This document shows, piece after piece, positions 23,373-35,769 of a stretch of 64,000 nucleotides of DNA. Under the pieces are notes generated by a model. It did not search any database. It was not told the origin of the DNA and worked only from the letters and a program-made list of their open reading frames with translations. This stretch comes from Octopus sinensis (Eukaryota): contig NC_043019.1 in assembly GCF_006345805.1 (NCBI RefSeq), forward strand, positions 20,955,360 through 21,019,359, given 5' to 3'. The number at the start of each line of letters is the position of its first letter. Within the stretch, counting starts at the first letter, position 1. A program made the position numbers and the translations under genes.

Positions 23373-23948
23373 CAGGGCCAGTTACAAGGAAGTGCGGGGC
23401 CCAAATAAGGAATTGTCAGTGGGGCCCTCTACAAAAGTTGAAGATTGATGTTTCGTGTTTCTTGCAACACCCCAATCCCAGCCAGAAAGCGCTGAGGGCT
23501 TAAACTCCACCAATTAGCCACAATGATATACTAAAAAGTGAACGCTCGTATGAAAGTTTTTATGTTCTGTTACAAGTAGACATAATTACTGACATTGTGA
23601 ATAGGCCTTCTCGAAACAAACTTTTCTTACTTTCTTTCATCTGAGAAGTCTTTCAAAATTATTTCAAAGGAAATGGTTTTTGTAATGTCATTTTCTGCAG
23701 ATAGCATCGCCAAACTATTTACTCTCTCTTGCGAAATTGTTAACGTAGGTGTGTTTTAATCAATTTTAGTTTTGAATCACCTGAAGCGACTGTTACGGGT
23801 ATTGCTGAGTAAGTCCTAAAAGCAATAAAATCATTTGGAAATGTTTTATACAACATAGCGTCCTCCGCTAGAATGTGTGCTCGGGGCCTTCTCTCAGTAC
23901 GGGGACCAATTTGAACAAATTTGTTTAATCAGCTTAAAACCGGCCCCG
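23373..23948 (-). mobile_element. hAT deletion derivative retaining the transposase C-terminal dimerisation domain
   Basis: Ends CAGGGCCAGTT / AAACCGGCCCCG; minus strand about 23627-23846 reads KTFPNDFIAFRTYSAIPVTVASGD-SKLKLIKTHLR /frameshift/ TISQERVNSLAMLSAENDITKTISFEIILKDFSDERK. Confidence 0.85.
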
Positions 23949-24309
23949 AGTATACACAATTATGTTGGTACCCCTCTTACCCTATCGGTTGTAAACATTT
24001 CTCCTTTCAAAACAAAAGTCGAATTAAATCGTAAAAGTAATTTTTGATATAACTCACCAGTTGGTGAACTCCATCGATTTAAATTTTCCACGGAATTTCT
24101 TTCGCATCTAAAAACTATAGACATTTTTTGGCTTCGTTTTACAAATTCAAAAGTCTCGATAGTAAAAATAATTCGACAAAAATTCTTTCTAAGAACTCGA
24201 TTATTTCTGTTGCTTTTAATTTATAACAATAGTTTTACAGTTTTATGCAAATTATTTGTTTAATGGTTTTGCCCGGATGGAATAAAAAAACGTGAAGAGC
24301 GAAGAAGTA

Positions 24310-25095
24310 GCTATGTAGTCATAAGTTTGCTTCCCAACAACATGGTCCCGGGTTCAGTCCCACTGCGTAGCACCTTGGGCAAGTATCGTCTGCTATAACC
24401 TCGGGCTAAAAACAAAGGCTTTGTAAGTGGTGGATGTGGTAGGCAGAAACTGAAAGAAGCCTGTTGTTTGTATGTTGTGCGCCCGTCTTGTGTGTATGTT
24501 GTCCCCATCACCGCTTGACAACCGGTATTGGTGTGTTTACGTCTCCGTAACTTAGCGGTTCAGGGAAAGTGACTGATAGAATAAGTACCAGGCTTTACAA
24601 AAAATAATGGCAATCTTTCGTCTCTAGTAGACCTTTCCGTCGATTTCCGTAAAAATTTTTTTTTTTTTACATATGGGCTTGCGGGAACTTTTGAAGTAAT
24701 GAGAGCGAAAGAGACTAAGAGAAAGCGATTGTATGACGAGGGAAATTCTTTTGAAGTTACCGTGCATGGAAAGCATTGATGTACATGTATGTGTGTGTGT
24801 TTGATGGGGTGTGGGAGACAGACAGTATCTTGTGTAAGTGAAGTGCTTCTGTTAGTGTGTGTGAAGAGACAGAGTAATGTGTGAAAGAAAGAGATAACTG
24901 AAATTTTTTACTCGGTGTATGTGTATATGTATGTATGTTACTTCAAAAGTTCCCGCAAGCCCATATGTAAAAAAAAAAAATTTTTTACGGAAATCGACGG
25001 AAAGGTCTACTAGAGACGAAAGATCGCCAAAATAATAAGTACTGGGATCGAATCGTTCGACTAAAATTCTTCGAGGCGGTGCCTCAGCATGGCAA
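24310..25095 (+). mobile_element. SINE family A interrupted by the 24609-25028 MITE
   Basis: Body stops at GGCTTTACAAAAAATAAT and resumes at AAGTACTGGGATCG. Confidence 0.8.
24609..25028. mobile_element. MITE, 420 bp, ~85-bp TIRs, GG termini, 8-bp TSD (Merlin-like?)
   Basis: GGCAATCTTTCGTCTCTAGTAGACC...GAAGTAA is mirrored at the right end; TSD AAAATAAT at 24601-24608 and 25029-25036. Confidence 0.9.
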
Positions 25096-25470
25096 CAGCT
25101 GAACCTCTTTCAAATCACTTTTTTTTTTATTTAAAAAAAAAAATCAGAAAGGAGACGTTAAAGTTTCTTTTTTTTTTTTTTGTTTTTCAGAAATCCAGAC
25201 AGGAGGATGATGATTGGATCGTCTGATCATAGTTCTAATCAATTATGAATGACCGGCAGCTCAACAACAGCACAGAGACGAAAATGAGGGGACCGTTATC
25301 TTGATATCTTATTTTAAAAAGTAAGGGTGGCAAGAGACAGTAGATAAAGCAGACCTAGATACTTCTAAATAGACAGGAGCGTCACGGCTAGAATGCCCAT
25401 TATCATATGATCTGTCTCTGTTCGTTCAGGGTTAACCAAGTGGTGGAGGTGGAGACTAAATAATGATAAC

Positions 25471-25761
25471 AAAGTTATCAACCACCTCACCAACAACAAC
25501 ACTGAACACCTTTTCGATCTCCATGTGTCTAACACATGTGGACATGCCTACAAAGTCAGAAAACAACACAGCTCCCATGACTTTCGGAAACATTTTTCAC
25601 GCTCAGAGTTACTGAAGCATGGAATAAACTGCCTGCGTCAGTTGTTGACTGCCATGACACTGCATCCTTTAAGGCCCTCATGCTTTCCGAAATCCGCCGA
25701 AACTACACCTGATTATATATGCACTTTAGATGAGTTGTAGTGCACCTGAGCACTGTACACA
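25471..25761 (+). mobile_element. CR1-clade LINE 3' end
   Basis: KVINHLTNNNTEHLF..SNTCGHAYKVRKQHSSHDFRKHF (CR1 ORF2 C-terminal TRGH..K..RK.FF pattern); 3' end GTGCACCTGAGCACTGTACAC. Confidence 0.85.
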
Positions 25762-25884
25762 TTCTTCTTCTTATTATTATATAACAACTACAAGAAATCA
25801 TGAGAAGTTGTACAAAATCCTATTTTCCAGAAGCCCAGATTCTTCTTTAACGTTCTTGATCCCAACACGCCCGAGGCCAATTTC

Positions 25885-26655
25885 TGGTTCTGATACAAAT
25901 TCCCCGTTTTAAAGTGATCTAAATTAAAACCTTCCATCAAAAATTCGTAATTTATATTCCAAACACCAGCTTAATGATAATAGTGACAAAATTATTTTAT
26001 TAACGTTTTCTTAATTTTCTAAATCTATTGAAACAAAAGCAGTGTATTTCAACAGAAACATAGTGGTGGGAGCACTCCGTCGGTTACGACGATGATGGTT
26101 CCGGTTGATCCGATCAACGGAACAGCCTGCTCGTGAAATTAACGTGTAAGTGGCTGAGCACTCCGCAGACACGTGTACCCTTAACGTAGTTCTCGGGGAT
26201 ATTCAGCGTGACACAGAGAGTGACAAGGCCGGCCCTTTGAAATACAGGTACAACACAAACAGGAAGTAAGAGTGAGAGAAAGTTGTGGTGAAAGAGTACA
26301 GCAGGGATCACCACCACCCCCTGCCGGAGCCTCGTGGAGCTTTTAGGTGTTTTCGCTCAATAAACACTCACAACGCCCGGTCTGGGAATCGGAACCGCGA
26401 TCCTATCACCGCGAGTCCGCTGCCCTAACCACTGGGCCATTGCGCCTCCACGTTTCAACAGAAACATAGTAACAAATGAGTTAAAGTAATCAAAATTAAA
26501 ACATTTTTTTTTCATGTACAATTTCATGTTAATCCATGTTCCAAGCACCAGCTTAATAATGACAAAGTTTCTGTAATATAATTCTTTAATATTTTCAAAA
26601 TTACTTGTAACAAAAATAGTGTACTTCAACACAAGTATGATAACAAAAGGGTTAA
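25885..26655. mobile_element. Old piggyBac-type MITE fragments hosting a SINE C
   Basis: CACCAGCTTAAT(G/A)AT body motifs as in 11769-11989; ends CAAAAGGG|TTAA. Confidence 0.55.
26065..26452 (-). mobile_element. tRNA-derived SINE family C, full length, 18-bp TSD
   Basis: Minus-strand head GTGGAGGCGCAATGGCCCAGTGGTTAGGGC...GGTTCCGATTCCC; TSD TTTCAACAGAAACATAGT at 26047-26064 and 26453-26470. Confidence 0.95.
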
Positions 26656-26861
26656 ACATGTAAAAACGGTCAGACTTTGTTCGTTTCGAAGAAAAATTAG
26701 AACTAGAACATGATTTAGTATTTGTTGAAATTTCTAAAAAGTTATTAATATTTAATTTGTAGGCACTGGCCTGGGTGTGTGGTTAGAAAGTTCACTGCGC
26801 AACCATGTGGGTTAGGTTCAATCCCACTCCGCGGAACTCAAGGCCTACAAAACCCTTGGAT

Positions 26862-27080
26862 TGGGCTAAATAAACGAAAACTGAGGGGACAAACAAGGAC
26901 ATACAAAGGGATTAAGTCGATTACATTGACTCCAGTGCGTAACTGGTACTTATTTAATCGACCCCGAAAGGATGAAAGGCAAAGTCGACCTCGGCGGAAT
27001 TTGAACTCAGAACGTAGCGGCAGACGAAATACCGCTAAGCATTTCGCCCGGCGTGCTAACGTTTCTGCCAACTCGCTGCC
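26862..27080 (-). mobile_element. SINE family B
   Basis: Matches other family B copies. Confidence 0.9.
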
Positions 27081-27619
27081 TTGGAAACTGTGCGTATATT
27101 ATCTGCGTCCAGAAGGATGAAATGTAAAGGTAACCTCAGCGGGATTCGAATTCAGAAGCCGGCGTAAAATACCACAAGTTATTTATTCCGGCTCTTTGCC
27201 TCGTAATTTCTATTCTAAAATATATACAGGTACAACATAAGGAAACTTTGGTTCCAGAGCCTTTTCTGGATTTCTGATTTTTTTTTTTTTTTTCGAACCA
27301 GTGGTGAACACACTCTAAATTAAAGAAATATTAAATTTACTTAGAAATGTATTAGTATGAATGATACAAGTTTACTATTGTGCTTTGCAAGGTACTAGTA
27401 AATTAATCTGGTGTTCTAAATCGTAAGTTAGCGCGGACTATTAGAGGTTCCGAAACATCACCGTCAAGAAAGTCAATGTTGTATGTGTACTGGTAATTTC
27501 TTGATTACCCACAAGGGGCGAAATACAGAGGGGGACAATACAGCCTGACACACAATGTTGTATGTGTACTGGTTTGTAAATGTATTAATTGAATTTCTCG
27601 GTGTAAAGAAATAATAATG

Positions 27620-28032
27620 GGACCTTTTCGGTTTGAACGGCAGTTTTTACTAGTGGTGTCATATGAAATTGTCACCCATAATTATGACCCCTAGTATCGA
27701 TCTATTGCATTTCAATCTGTTTTAGGGTTAGGAGTGGGGGGAAGGGTATCTTTTTTCTTCACAAATGTAAATAAACCCAATCTGTTTCTTAAACGAGGGA
27801 CATATTCATACGGCACAGAATGTTTTTTTTACCTCAATTGACGTCATTGATTGGTTGAAATTGCAGAAATTGAAGTAAAAAAACAACAAATATCTTACAA
27901 ACTATAGAATTTTCTCAATAAAGCCAAGAGAAAAAGATGTTTTATAAACACATTCTACCAGTATACGATGTTTAAAATTTTTTACTTACCTAGAAATTAT
28001 GTTAAAAACTGCCGTTCAAACCGAAAAGATCC
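27620..28032. mobile_element. MITE, 413 bp, 29-bp TIRs, GG termini, 9-bp TSD (Merlin- or MULE-like)
   Basis: GGACCTTTTCGGTTTGAACGGCAGTTTTT vs reverse complement of the end GGATCTTTTCGGTTTGAACGGCAGTTTTT; TSD ATAATAATG at 27611-27619 and 28033-28041. Confidence 0.9.
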
Positions 28033-28041
28033 ATAATAATG

Positions 28042-28410
28042 GACCTCGGTCAAACTTTCCGACTAAGTATGAATGTTCATTTGTTGAGTCATCTAAACCG
28101 CTAAGCTCAGTGTACGACTTGGAGCAGCTGGTGTAGTTGCGGACTCATTGAACAAAGATGTTTGACGCTGCCAATATTCGTGCAGGAAGACAAAGGTTCC
28201 GGTCTTTTGGTCTCTGATCCTCCCTGTCCTGATCTATAGTTGTGTGACTTGGACACTGTCCGGCGTCCTTAGGAGCCACTACAATTCCTTTGGCATCAGG
28301 ACGATTAGCAGGATTTTGTAGTCTTTAGTCTTGGTTTGTATCCGAGCAACGAGTGTACTCAGAAACAGGAACGCGTCCTGTTACTTGTGTGCCCTTCCAC
28401 TGACTTCGGT
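28042..28410 (+). mobile_element. RTE-clade LINE ORF2 remnant (post-RT region)
   Basis: VRLGAAGVVADSLNKDV*RCQYSCRKTKVPVFWSLILPVLIYSCVTWTLSGVLRSHYNSFGIRTISRIL matches the RTE pattern R.G.A......L...W....L...TK.RVF..LVLPVLLYG.ETWTL. Confidence 0.85.
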
Positions 28411-30916
28411 TCCTCATAACTTTCAGAAAAATGGTATTTTTTAAAAGAAGGTTTCAACAAATACTTTTCTGATGGCGTAGATTCCGATTATATCGGAATT
28501 TTATGTAAAAAAAAAAAAAAAATTGGTGAGCGTCCATACATATATATTTGAGTGTGTTAGTATGTATATACAAAATCAAACTTGACATTTTGAAAAATTA
28601 TGTGTACGCGCGCTCACCAAGTTTTTTGGGGGTTTTTTTACCTCATTAAATTCCGATGTCATCGTATGTGTGGGAGACACACTTCAGTAGGTATGTTGAT
28701 GTTTGTTTCCATTCCGTTGTCCACTTTTCTCCCATCAGACCAACTGAAGAAGAAGCAGACATGTTACTGATTGAATGAAATCATTCAGGGACTTGCTGTT
28801 TAGCCCCAAGTCATCAACACTAACCAAACAGACCAACGATCACGGCGCCGTTTAAATACGAGGATTGAGACTGGTTTTTCATGTGTTGACACATGTAAAT
28901 GGACTTTCAAAAACTACCATTAGATTTATTATTATCATAAATTGATTAATTTTATATTAAAGCTACTACTGTTTTGAATCGGTCGGCATTTCATGTTTAG
29001 TACACTAAGAATTCTTAGTAGATATCATATCAATATTAAATATTATCTTAAAATATTAATATTTCATCTTATATTCGAGAAAAGGGAGTGATTTTTCATG
29101 TATTCACGCATGTTTATGGGAGCTCAAAAAGAAAACAACAACCATCGGATATATCAATAATATCAATACGCTAACTTGTTGTTTTTGTGCGTCTATACCT
29201 ATGGTGTGTGTCACGCTTACTTTAAAGGAAGAAGTGAGTGGCAAAGCAGGAGAGAGGACGACAGAGAGAAAGTGAAAGTAAGAGAAAAAGAGAGAGTGAG
29301 AGAGCAAGAGAGAGTAAGAGTGAGAGAGACAGTAAGTGGTGACAACGTTCGTTTTGTGTTTTTAAATGTTTATCACATCGTAAGAAAAGTTGATACATAG
29401 ATACATACATACATTGTTAAATTAAAAACGGGAGAGAGAGGAAGGACACAGAGAATGTGAGAGAGAAAGGGAGAAAGTGAGAGAGACTGTAGATATACAG
29501 ATCGAAAGAAAGTTGACACATTGTTAAATCAATGACAACTACAGCAAATATTGGATGTCACTTTCACTTTTCATTACTACACGAGGATAAAATCAACTCG
29601 CAAGAGGCTGAGTACTCCACAGACATGCATACCATTAACATAGTTCTCAGGGAGATTCAGCCTCATACAGAATATGACAAGGCTATCCACTTTGAATTAC
29701 AGCTACAACTCAAGATAAACCTTCAAGCGATTGGAAGAAAACGAAAAAAGATCCTATATAGGGGCAGGAAAATCTTTGGATACGAGCTAAGTATCCTACA
29801 TAAAACTAGACCAATCCAAATGCCTAATACTTGACAAAGTATTTCAGCATCACATGACCAATCATTAGAGACATGTGTGGAGCCCTTCTGGAAGTACTTA
29901 AGTCTAAACATGCAATTATGAAATTAGTCTCACTACAAAGTATTTCAAATTTTCTCCTGATTATTTTCAGAAATATGTAGTTTTGCATGCTGATGAAAAA
30001 AAATCACATTCATTTTTTTTCCTCTAGAAATTAATAATCAAGTTACACTAGAGCAGAAAATTTGAAAAAAATTCTGATGAAAATTTGAAATGGCTCAAAT
30101 TGCTGGAAGTTATTTAACAAGATCTCACTTGTGTGAATATGCTGCTTCATCGACCAAGATTTAACCCTTGAGAAAAAAAAAAAAAAGACTGTATATGGCA
30201 TATAGGAGAATTAGAATTTCATAGCAGATTTGCTGTGATATTTTCATTGCATAAACAACTTACAATGTCTCTTTTCCAATAACAAATATCACTTTTATTG
30301 ATCCAGCAAAACGTAAGGTCAAACAGCGTCAATGACAATGACAGTTATATAAGACCACGGCATACTTTAAATAAATAAACCAGAAAGTATAAATAAGAAA
30401 TAAGTTTGTATAAATGCAGATAAGAAAAAAGGCCTTTTTATACACCAAACTATATTTGTAACTCTAGAGTTTTATTTGTTTGACAAGAGATTTCCTTGAT
30501 TTGAAGGGATAAAATTTGAAACATGTCACAGAAGTCATGAAATAGAATTTTACACACACATACACACACACACACACATTCATTTTTGGTTTTATTTTAT
30601 TGTTATAGTATACTATAAAGTGTTAAAACACTCATACTTCAGCAGCAACCTGATCATTGACCATATATATATGCATGTGTGTCAGTGACTCCAGGTCGTG
30701 AAGTATGACAAGATGTTTTGGCAGTTCTTTTTTAGCTTGCTTTTTCGTTTGTAACCAGATGGTGAGAAAATCTATAGTTGCCAGTAGAATATTCTGGATT
30801 GACAAACAGTCTTGTTCCCTGCTGGGAAAATTGGAAAAATGGTGAAATAAGTTATGTTTTGGCCAGGAAACCCTGGTTAACTGTATTTTACAAGACTTGT
30901 TGTTTTCATTATATCA

Positions 30917-30935
30917 CACACACACATACATGCAT

Positions 30936-30991
<56 letters not shown>

Positions 30992-30993
30992 CA

Positions 30994-31033
<40 letters not shown>
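30917..31033. repeat. (CA)n microsatellite
   Basis: Direct inspection. Confidence 0.95.
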
Positions 31034-31036
<3 letters not shown>

Positions 31037-31296
31037 CATCTGCTACATCAGAATTAATACCAGCGCTGGTGCCACATACAAAGCACTCAACACACTGTCA
31101 ATTGGTTGACATTACAAAGGGTATCCAACCATAGAAATCATGCCAGAACAGACAATGGGGTCTGGTGAGACCCCTAGCCATACCAGCACCAGTCAAACCA
31201 TCCAACCCATGCCAGCTTGGAAAATGGACATTAAATGATGATGATTTCAGCCCTTTAGTTACTTATGTAACTTTCTGCTAATTAAAATAGAATGTG

Positions 31297-31343
<47 letters not shown>

Positions 31344-31479
31344 AACTTTGCCTTTCATCCTTTTAGGGTTGATAAAATAATCAACTAACCCCTCCCCCAT
31401 AATACTTCATTCTATACAGCCATGCCTGCGTGTGTGTACATGCAAACATAGTTAGTGATTGAAGGGGATCAATTTAAAG

Positions 31480-31777
31480 GTTGTTGTTTGTTTGTTCCTT
31501 CTCGAGCCATGCCTGGTTCATAAGGGCCGGTTTCCTGGTTTCCTTGGCATATAGGTCCCCCACCTGAATGGGACGCCGGTCCGTCGCAAGTGAGTTGCAG
31601 GAGGAAAGAGTGAGAGAAAGTTGTGGCGAAAGAGTCAGCAGAAGTTTGCCATTACCTTCTGCTGGAGCCGTGTGGAGTTTAAGTGTTTCGCTCATAAACA
31701 CTCACGTCGCCCGGTCTGAGATTCGAACCAGCGATCCCTCGACCACGAGTCCGCTGCTCTTACCACTAGGCCATGCG
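31480..31777 (-). mobile_element. SINE with family C head and first domain but a different 3' tail
   Basis: Shares GTTTATGAGCGAAACAC.TAAA.CTCCAC..GCTCC.GCAG with family C, then diverges and ends in an (AAC)n-type tail. Confidence 0.7.
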
Positions 31778-32085
31778 GTTTAAAGATTGAGTCATCTCAA
31801 AGTGAAATATAGCAAACTTGATGGCTAGACAGCATGACACAACAGGTAAGCAATCCATTCCATTAGTGAAGTGTTCATCAATGAAAGGAAGTTTACTGGT
31901 GTACTAAGTTTACTAAGAAATAGATTTTATATTTTACTCTGCTTCTTGTTCCCTTAGCAAAGTATATTTTTCATGAAATACTTTTAGGTTCAGTTCAATG
32001 TCCTTTTTTTTTCAATCCTAACTATTGAGAGTTTGGTTTTTTTAATTGTTTTGTTGATTTGATTCTGTTACTCATTAGTATACTC

Positions 32086-32501
32086 TCTCTTTTACTCTTT
32101 TACTTGTTTCAGTCATTTGACTGCGGCCATGCTGGAGCACCGCCTTTAATCGAGCAACTCGACCCCGGGACTTATTCTTTTTTGTAAATCCCAGTACTTA
32201 TTCTATCGGTCTCTTTTGCCAAACCGCTAAGTAACAGGGACATAAACACACCAGCATCGGTTGTCAAGCAATGCTAGGGGGACAAACACAGACACACAAA
32301 CACACACACGCATATATATATACATATACATATATACGACGGGCTTCTTTTCAGTTTCCGTCTACCAAATCCACTCACAAGGCTTTGGTTGGCCCGAGGC
32401 TATAGTAGAAGACACTTGCCCAAGGTGCCACGCAGTGGGACTGAACCCAGAACCACGTGGTTGGTAAACAAGCTACTTACCACAAAGCCACTCCTGCGCC
32501 T
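32086..32501 (-). mobile_element. SINE family A, full length
   Basis: Reverse complement of the consensus seen elsewhere in the window. Confidence 0.9.
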
Positions 32502-32639
32502 ATCTGTCTATCCAACAGTATCTGTCTATCTCACAGAATTTAGTGCTTGTAGGAATAGGCATGTTTATATGGGGCATGCTTTCAACAGATCCTGATTAAC
32601 TCTTCATACTGAAATTTTATTCCCTCCTTAACATTGGGG

Positions 32640-33360
32640 TTTCAAGGATTTCCATTTCAATTACCTCTCCTGTTCAGTTGTTTAATTCCAGGTTGGATGT
32701 AACCCTCAGGCCAACTGGGACAAGTAAAACTGAAGACCCCTGCTAAAAGCATATTGATCTATGAACTGGGCTGATTTGGGTTTTGACTTAATAGCAACAA
32801 AGTATCTTTGAAGTGATCTCCATGGTTAGCGGCATCAGGAAGACAGTAGGTAATGGCTATGAAGGGCAGTGAGCTGGCAGAATCGTTAGCACACCGGGCT
32901 AAATGCTTAGCGGTATTTCATCTGCCATTAGGTTCTGAGTTCAAATTCTGCTGAGGTCAACTTTGCCTTTCATCCATTCGGGGTTGATTAAATAAGTACC
33001 AGTTACGTACTGGGGGGGGGGCGATATAATCGACTTAATCCGTTTGTCCTCTCTGTGTTTAGCCCCTTGTGGGTAGTAAAGAAATAGGTTATGGCTATGA
33101 GCAAATTGAGGCCAATCCCATGCATTATTAGTGCTGGAGTGGAAGAGGAGGACATTTGTTGCCATGTCTTCTTGGATGAAGGTTGCTATTTCTCCTTGTT
33201 TCCATATTGTGTAGTCAGTTCTGAGTAGTGTATAACCTGACATATGTACTTCTGCATCCAATATGTCTGGGATCAGTTACGTTTCACTTAGTGCTACACA
33301 TATTGTCTTTTCTCAATGTACAAAGTCTCTAAGATATGATATTTTTGTTTGGTTTGTGCT
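32640..33360 (-). mobile_element. LINE ORF2 AP-endonuclease remnant (CR1/L2-like), interrupted by a SINE B
   Basis: KISYLRDFVH*EKTICVALSET*LIPDILDAEVHMSGYTLLRTD..KQGEIATFIQED, then after the SINE IAITYCLPD..MLLAGVFSFTCPSWP (APE motifs ETWL, GY..R.DR..GGVA, YRPP, GDFN). Confidence 0.8.
32863..33085 (+). mobile_element. SINE family B, 15-bp TSD
   Basis: AGGTAATGGCTATGA (32848-32862) and AGGTTATGGCTATGA (33086-33100). Confidence 0.9.
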
Positions 33361-34268
33361 GTGAAGTTTGAAAGACCTTTTACAGTTGACATTATTATTA
33401 AGTTAAGATTGTGGGTTAATGACAGCAATGGAATGGTTGTGCACTTGGGTGGTAGCATTGGCTGGTACTGTACAAGAGCTAGAAGTTTTTTTTTAAATTT
33501 TGTTTGCCAGTTTCGTCATTGCTAAAAAAGAATTTTCTTAATTTTTTTTTTTTGGTGGTGGGGTGGTTGTCTAGAGTTGGTATGGTTGCACTATTGAATA
33601 TGGTTATAGTCATTCACAGCTGCTGATTCTACTATTGTACCCAGTAGATATCTTAGGTAACTTCTGGGTTTCGATGAAAGTCTGAACCAACACTTCCACT
33701 GTAAGGGATGTTTCTTCTGGGAATTTAGTGGTGGCTTGGTGTCATGCTTTTGCTAATGCATGGAGTCCCTGGAAGATGAGACATAATCCTTTGTGTTGGG
33801 GATAGAAAGTATTTTAGGATTCCAGACTACATGTGTCGAAGCTATTAAATGTGATTTAGTGGTGGTAGTGGTGATGGTGGTACTGTAAGATATGTGGTTT
33901 TTGCATTCACTGGTTTTGCTAGTATGAAATGTGTCTTGTCTCTGTGGTGTTATGAACCAGACTGTGTTGTAGGGACGGACTGGAAGTGAGGGAGTATGCA
34001 TGTCCTGTCAGAAGTGGGGCCTGTGAGTCCCACCAGAAAGGTTGTAGTGGGCATGCGAGGTCAGCGAGGCATGAGCAGTTAGTTGGTGGTGGACAGCATA
34101 CCAGAGCAGACCTGTTAGACAGTATAGGGTAGACAGAGCACAAGGACATTGTGAGTGATCATTCCAGATCAACAGGTAAGACTACTGCAATTCTCTCTTT
34201 GCTTCCGTCTTTTTCCTCCTTCACATCACAAGCTATTTTGGATCCCAAAAAAAGAAAAAATGATGGGT

Positions 34269-34420
34269 ATGGTCCGTGTTTCCAATGAGACGGTTTGACC
34301 ATTTTGCAGCAAGGGAGAAGTTGTTGCTTGGTTGAAAAAAATTAAGTTGGTGGCAAGACTCTACAGTATAGATGACCTAGCAAGTTTCATACCATTGTAC
34401 CTTGATGGATTGGCATTGAA
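34269..34420 (+). mobile_element. LTR-retrotransposon gag N-terminal remnant
   Basis: MVRVSNETV*PFCSKGEVVAWLKKIKLVARLYSIDDLASFIPLYLDGLAL resembles the invertebrate Gypsy gag pattern F.G.GDVVAW..K..LVA.L....D.A.FIPLYLEG.AL. Confidence 0.7.
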
Positions 34421-34805
34421 GTCTCCACATTGGCCAGCAAGAATGCCAGATTCATTTCATTTTTGGGCCTTTGCAATGGTGTATACCTACAGCCAGTCAC
34501 ATAATCAGGCATGAATTTGTCATTTCTGATATAGCAGTCCTACTGCATGACACCTTGGGCAAGTGTCCTCTACTGTAATCTCAGGCCAACTAGAGCCATA
34601 TGAGCGGATTTGGTAGACATAAACTGAAAGAAGCTTGTCATATATATATATATATATATATATGGCATTTATAAGATTGTTGAAAGACGGAATGAGGTCA
34701 TTGAAAGCAATGGAGGGTATGTTAATGAATAAATATTTCCATAGACATTGGCTTATTCATTTTTACCTTAGATCTTTAAATTGGACATTACTTTTGCACC
34801 AACCT

Positions 34806-34886
<81 letters not shown>

Positions 34887-35225
34887 GGTAGATGTCTGTA
34901 AATTAGTGTGTGTGAGAGTGTCCATGTGTTAGTTTGTGTGGATAGGTACAAGAATGACATGAATGTATATCTGTCCATGTGCTAAATTTCTTGAATGTGT
35001 CGGTTTGTCTGTTTATCTATGATCCATTGTTATATAACTAATGTAAAAATAGTCACCATCAATGTAAAAAATCTAATGTATTCATTTATGGAATACATGA
35101 AAAGGGGAAAAATGTATGTGTATAATTTGTATGAATTTTTCTATGCAGGATTTTGAGTGTGCATGTGTACATATGTGTGTGTGTGTGTGTATGTGTGTGT
35201 GTGTGTGTATGTGTGTGTGTGTGTA

Positions 35226-35557
35226 CATGGCTGAGTGGTTAGAACGTTGGGCTCACAATCACGAGGTAGTGAGTTTGATTCCTGAATCAGACTGTGTATT
35301 GTGTTCTTGAGCAAGACACTTTATTTCATGTTGCTCCAATTCACTCAGTTGCAGAAATGAGTTGCGACATCACTGGTGGTGAGCTGTATCAGTCTTTGCA
35401 TTTCCCTTGGACAACATTGGTGGCATGGAAAGGGGATACTGGTTTGCATGGGTGACTGCTGGTCTTCCTCAAACAATCTTGCCCTGACTTGTGTATCAGA
35501 AGGGAACTTTTTAGGTGCAATCTCATGGTCATTCACGAAAGAAGAGGTTCTTTACCC
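35226..35557 (+). mobile_element. tRNA-derived SINE family E (V-domain-like)
   Basis: CATGGCTGAGTGGTTAGAACG..GAGTTTGATTCC head, then TCTTGAGCAAGACACTTTATTTC..TTGCTCCA. Confidence 0.6.
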
Positions 35558-35580
35558 TATTTACACTATATATATATATA

Positions 35581-35620
<40 letters not shown>

Positions 35621-35623
<3 letters not shown>

Positions 35624-35769
35624 TCATCATCATCATCATCATTGTTTAACGTCTGCTTTCCATGCTAGCATGGGTTGGACAGTTCAACTGGGGTCTGGGA
35701 AGCCCGAAGGGTGCACCAGACCAGTCATATCTAGCGGTGTTTCTACAGCTGGATGCCCTTCCTAATGCC
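35621..35769 (-). mobile_element. SINE family D, 5'-truncated
   Basis: (CAT)n then GTTTAACGTCTGCTTTCCATGCTAGC...GGATGCCCTTCCTAATGCC. Confidence 0.85.

Noticed and set aside
29836-29911. Minus-strand exon-like segments (also about 39345-39415, 51000-51250, 51480-51700, 52960-53190)
   Set aside because: Short open frames with weak or missing splice sites and no recognisable motifs; expected by chance.
33400-34150. Possible LINE ORF1 upstream of the AP-endonuclease remnant
   Set aside because: No zinc-knuckle or RRM motif that I could confirm.
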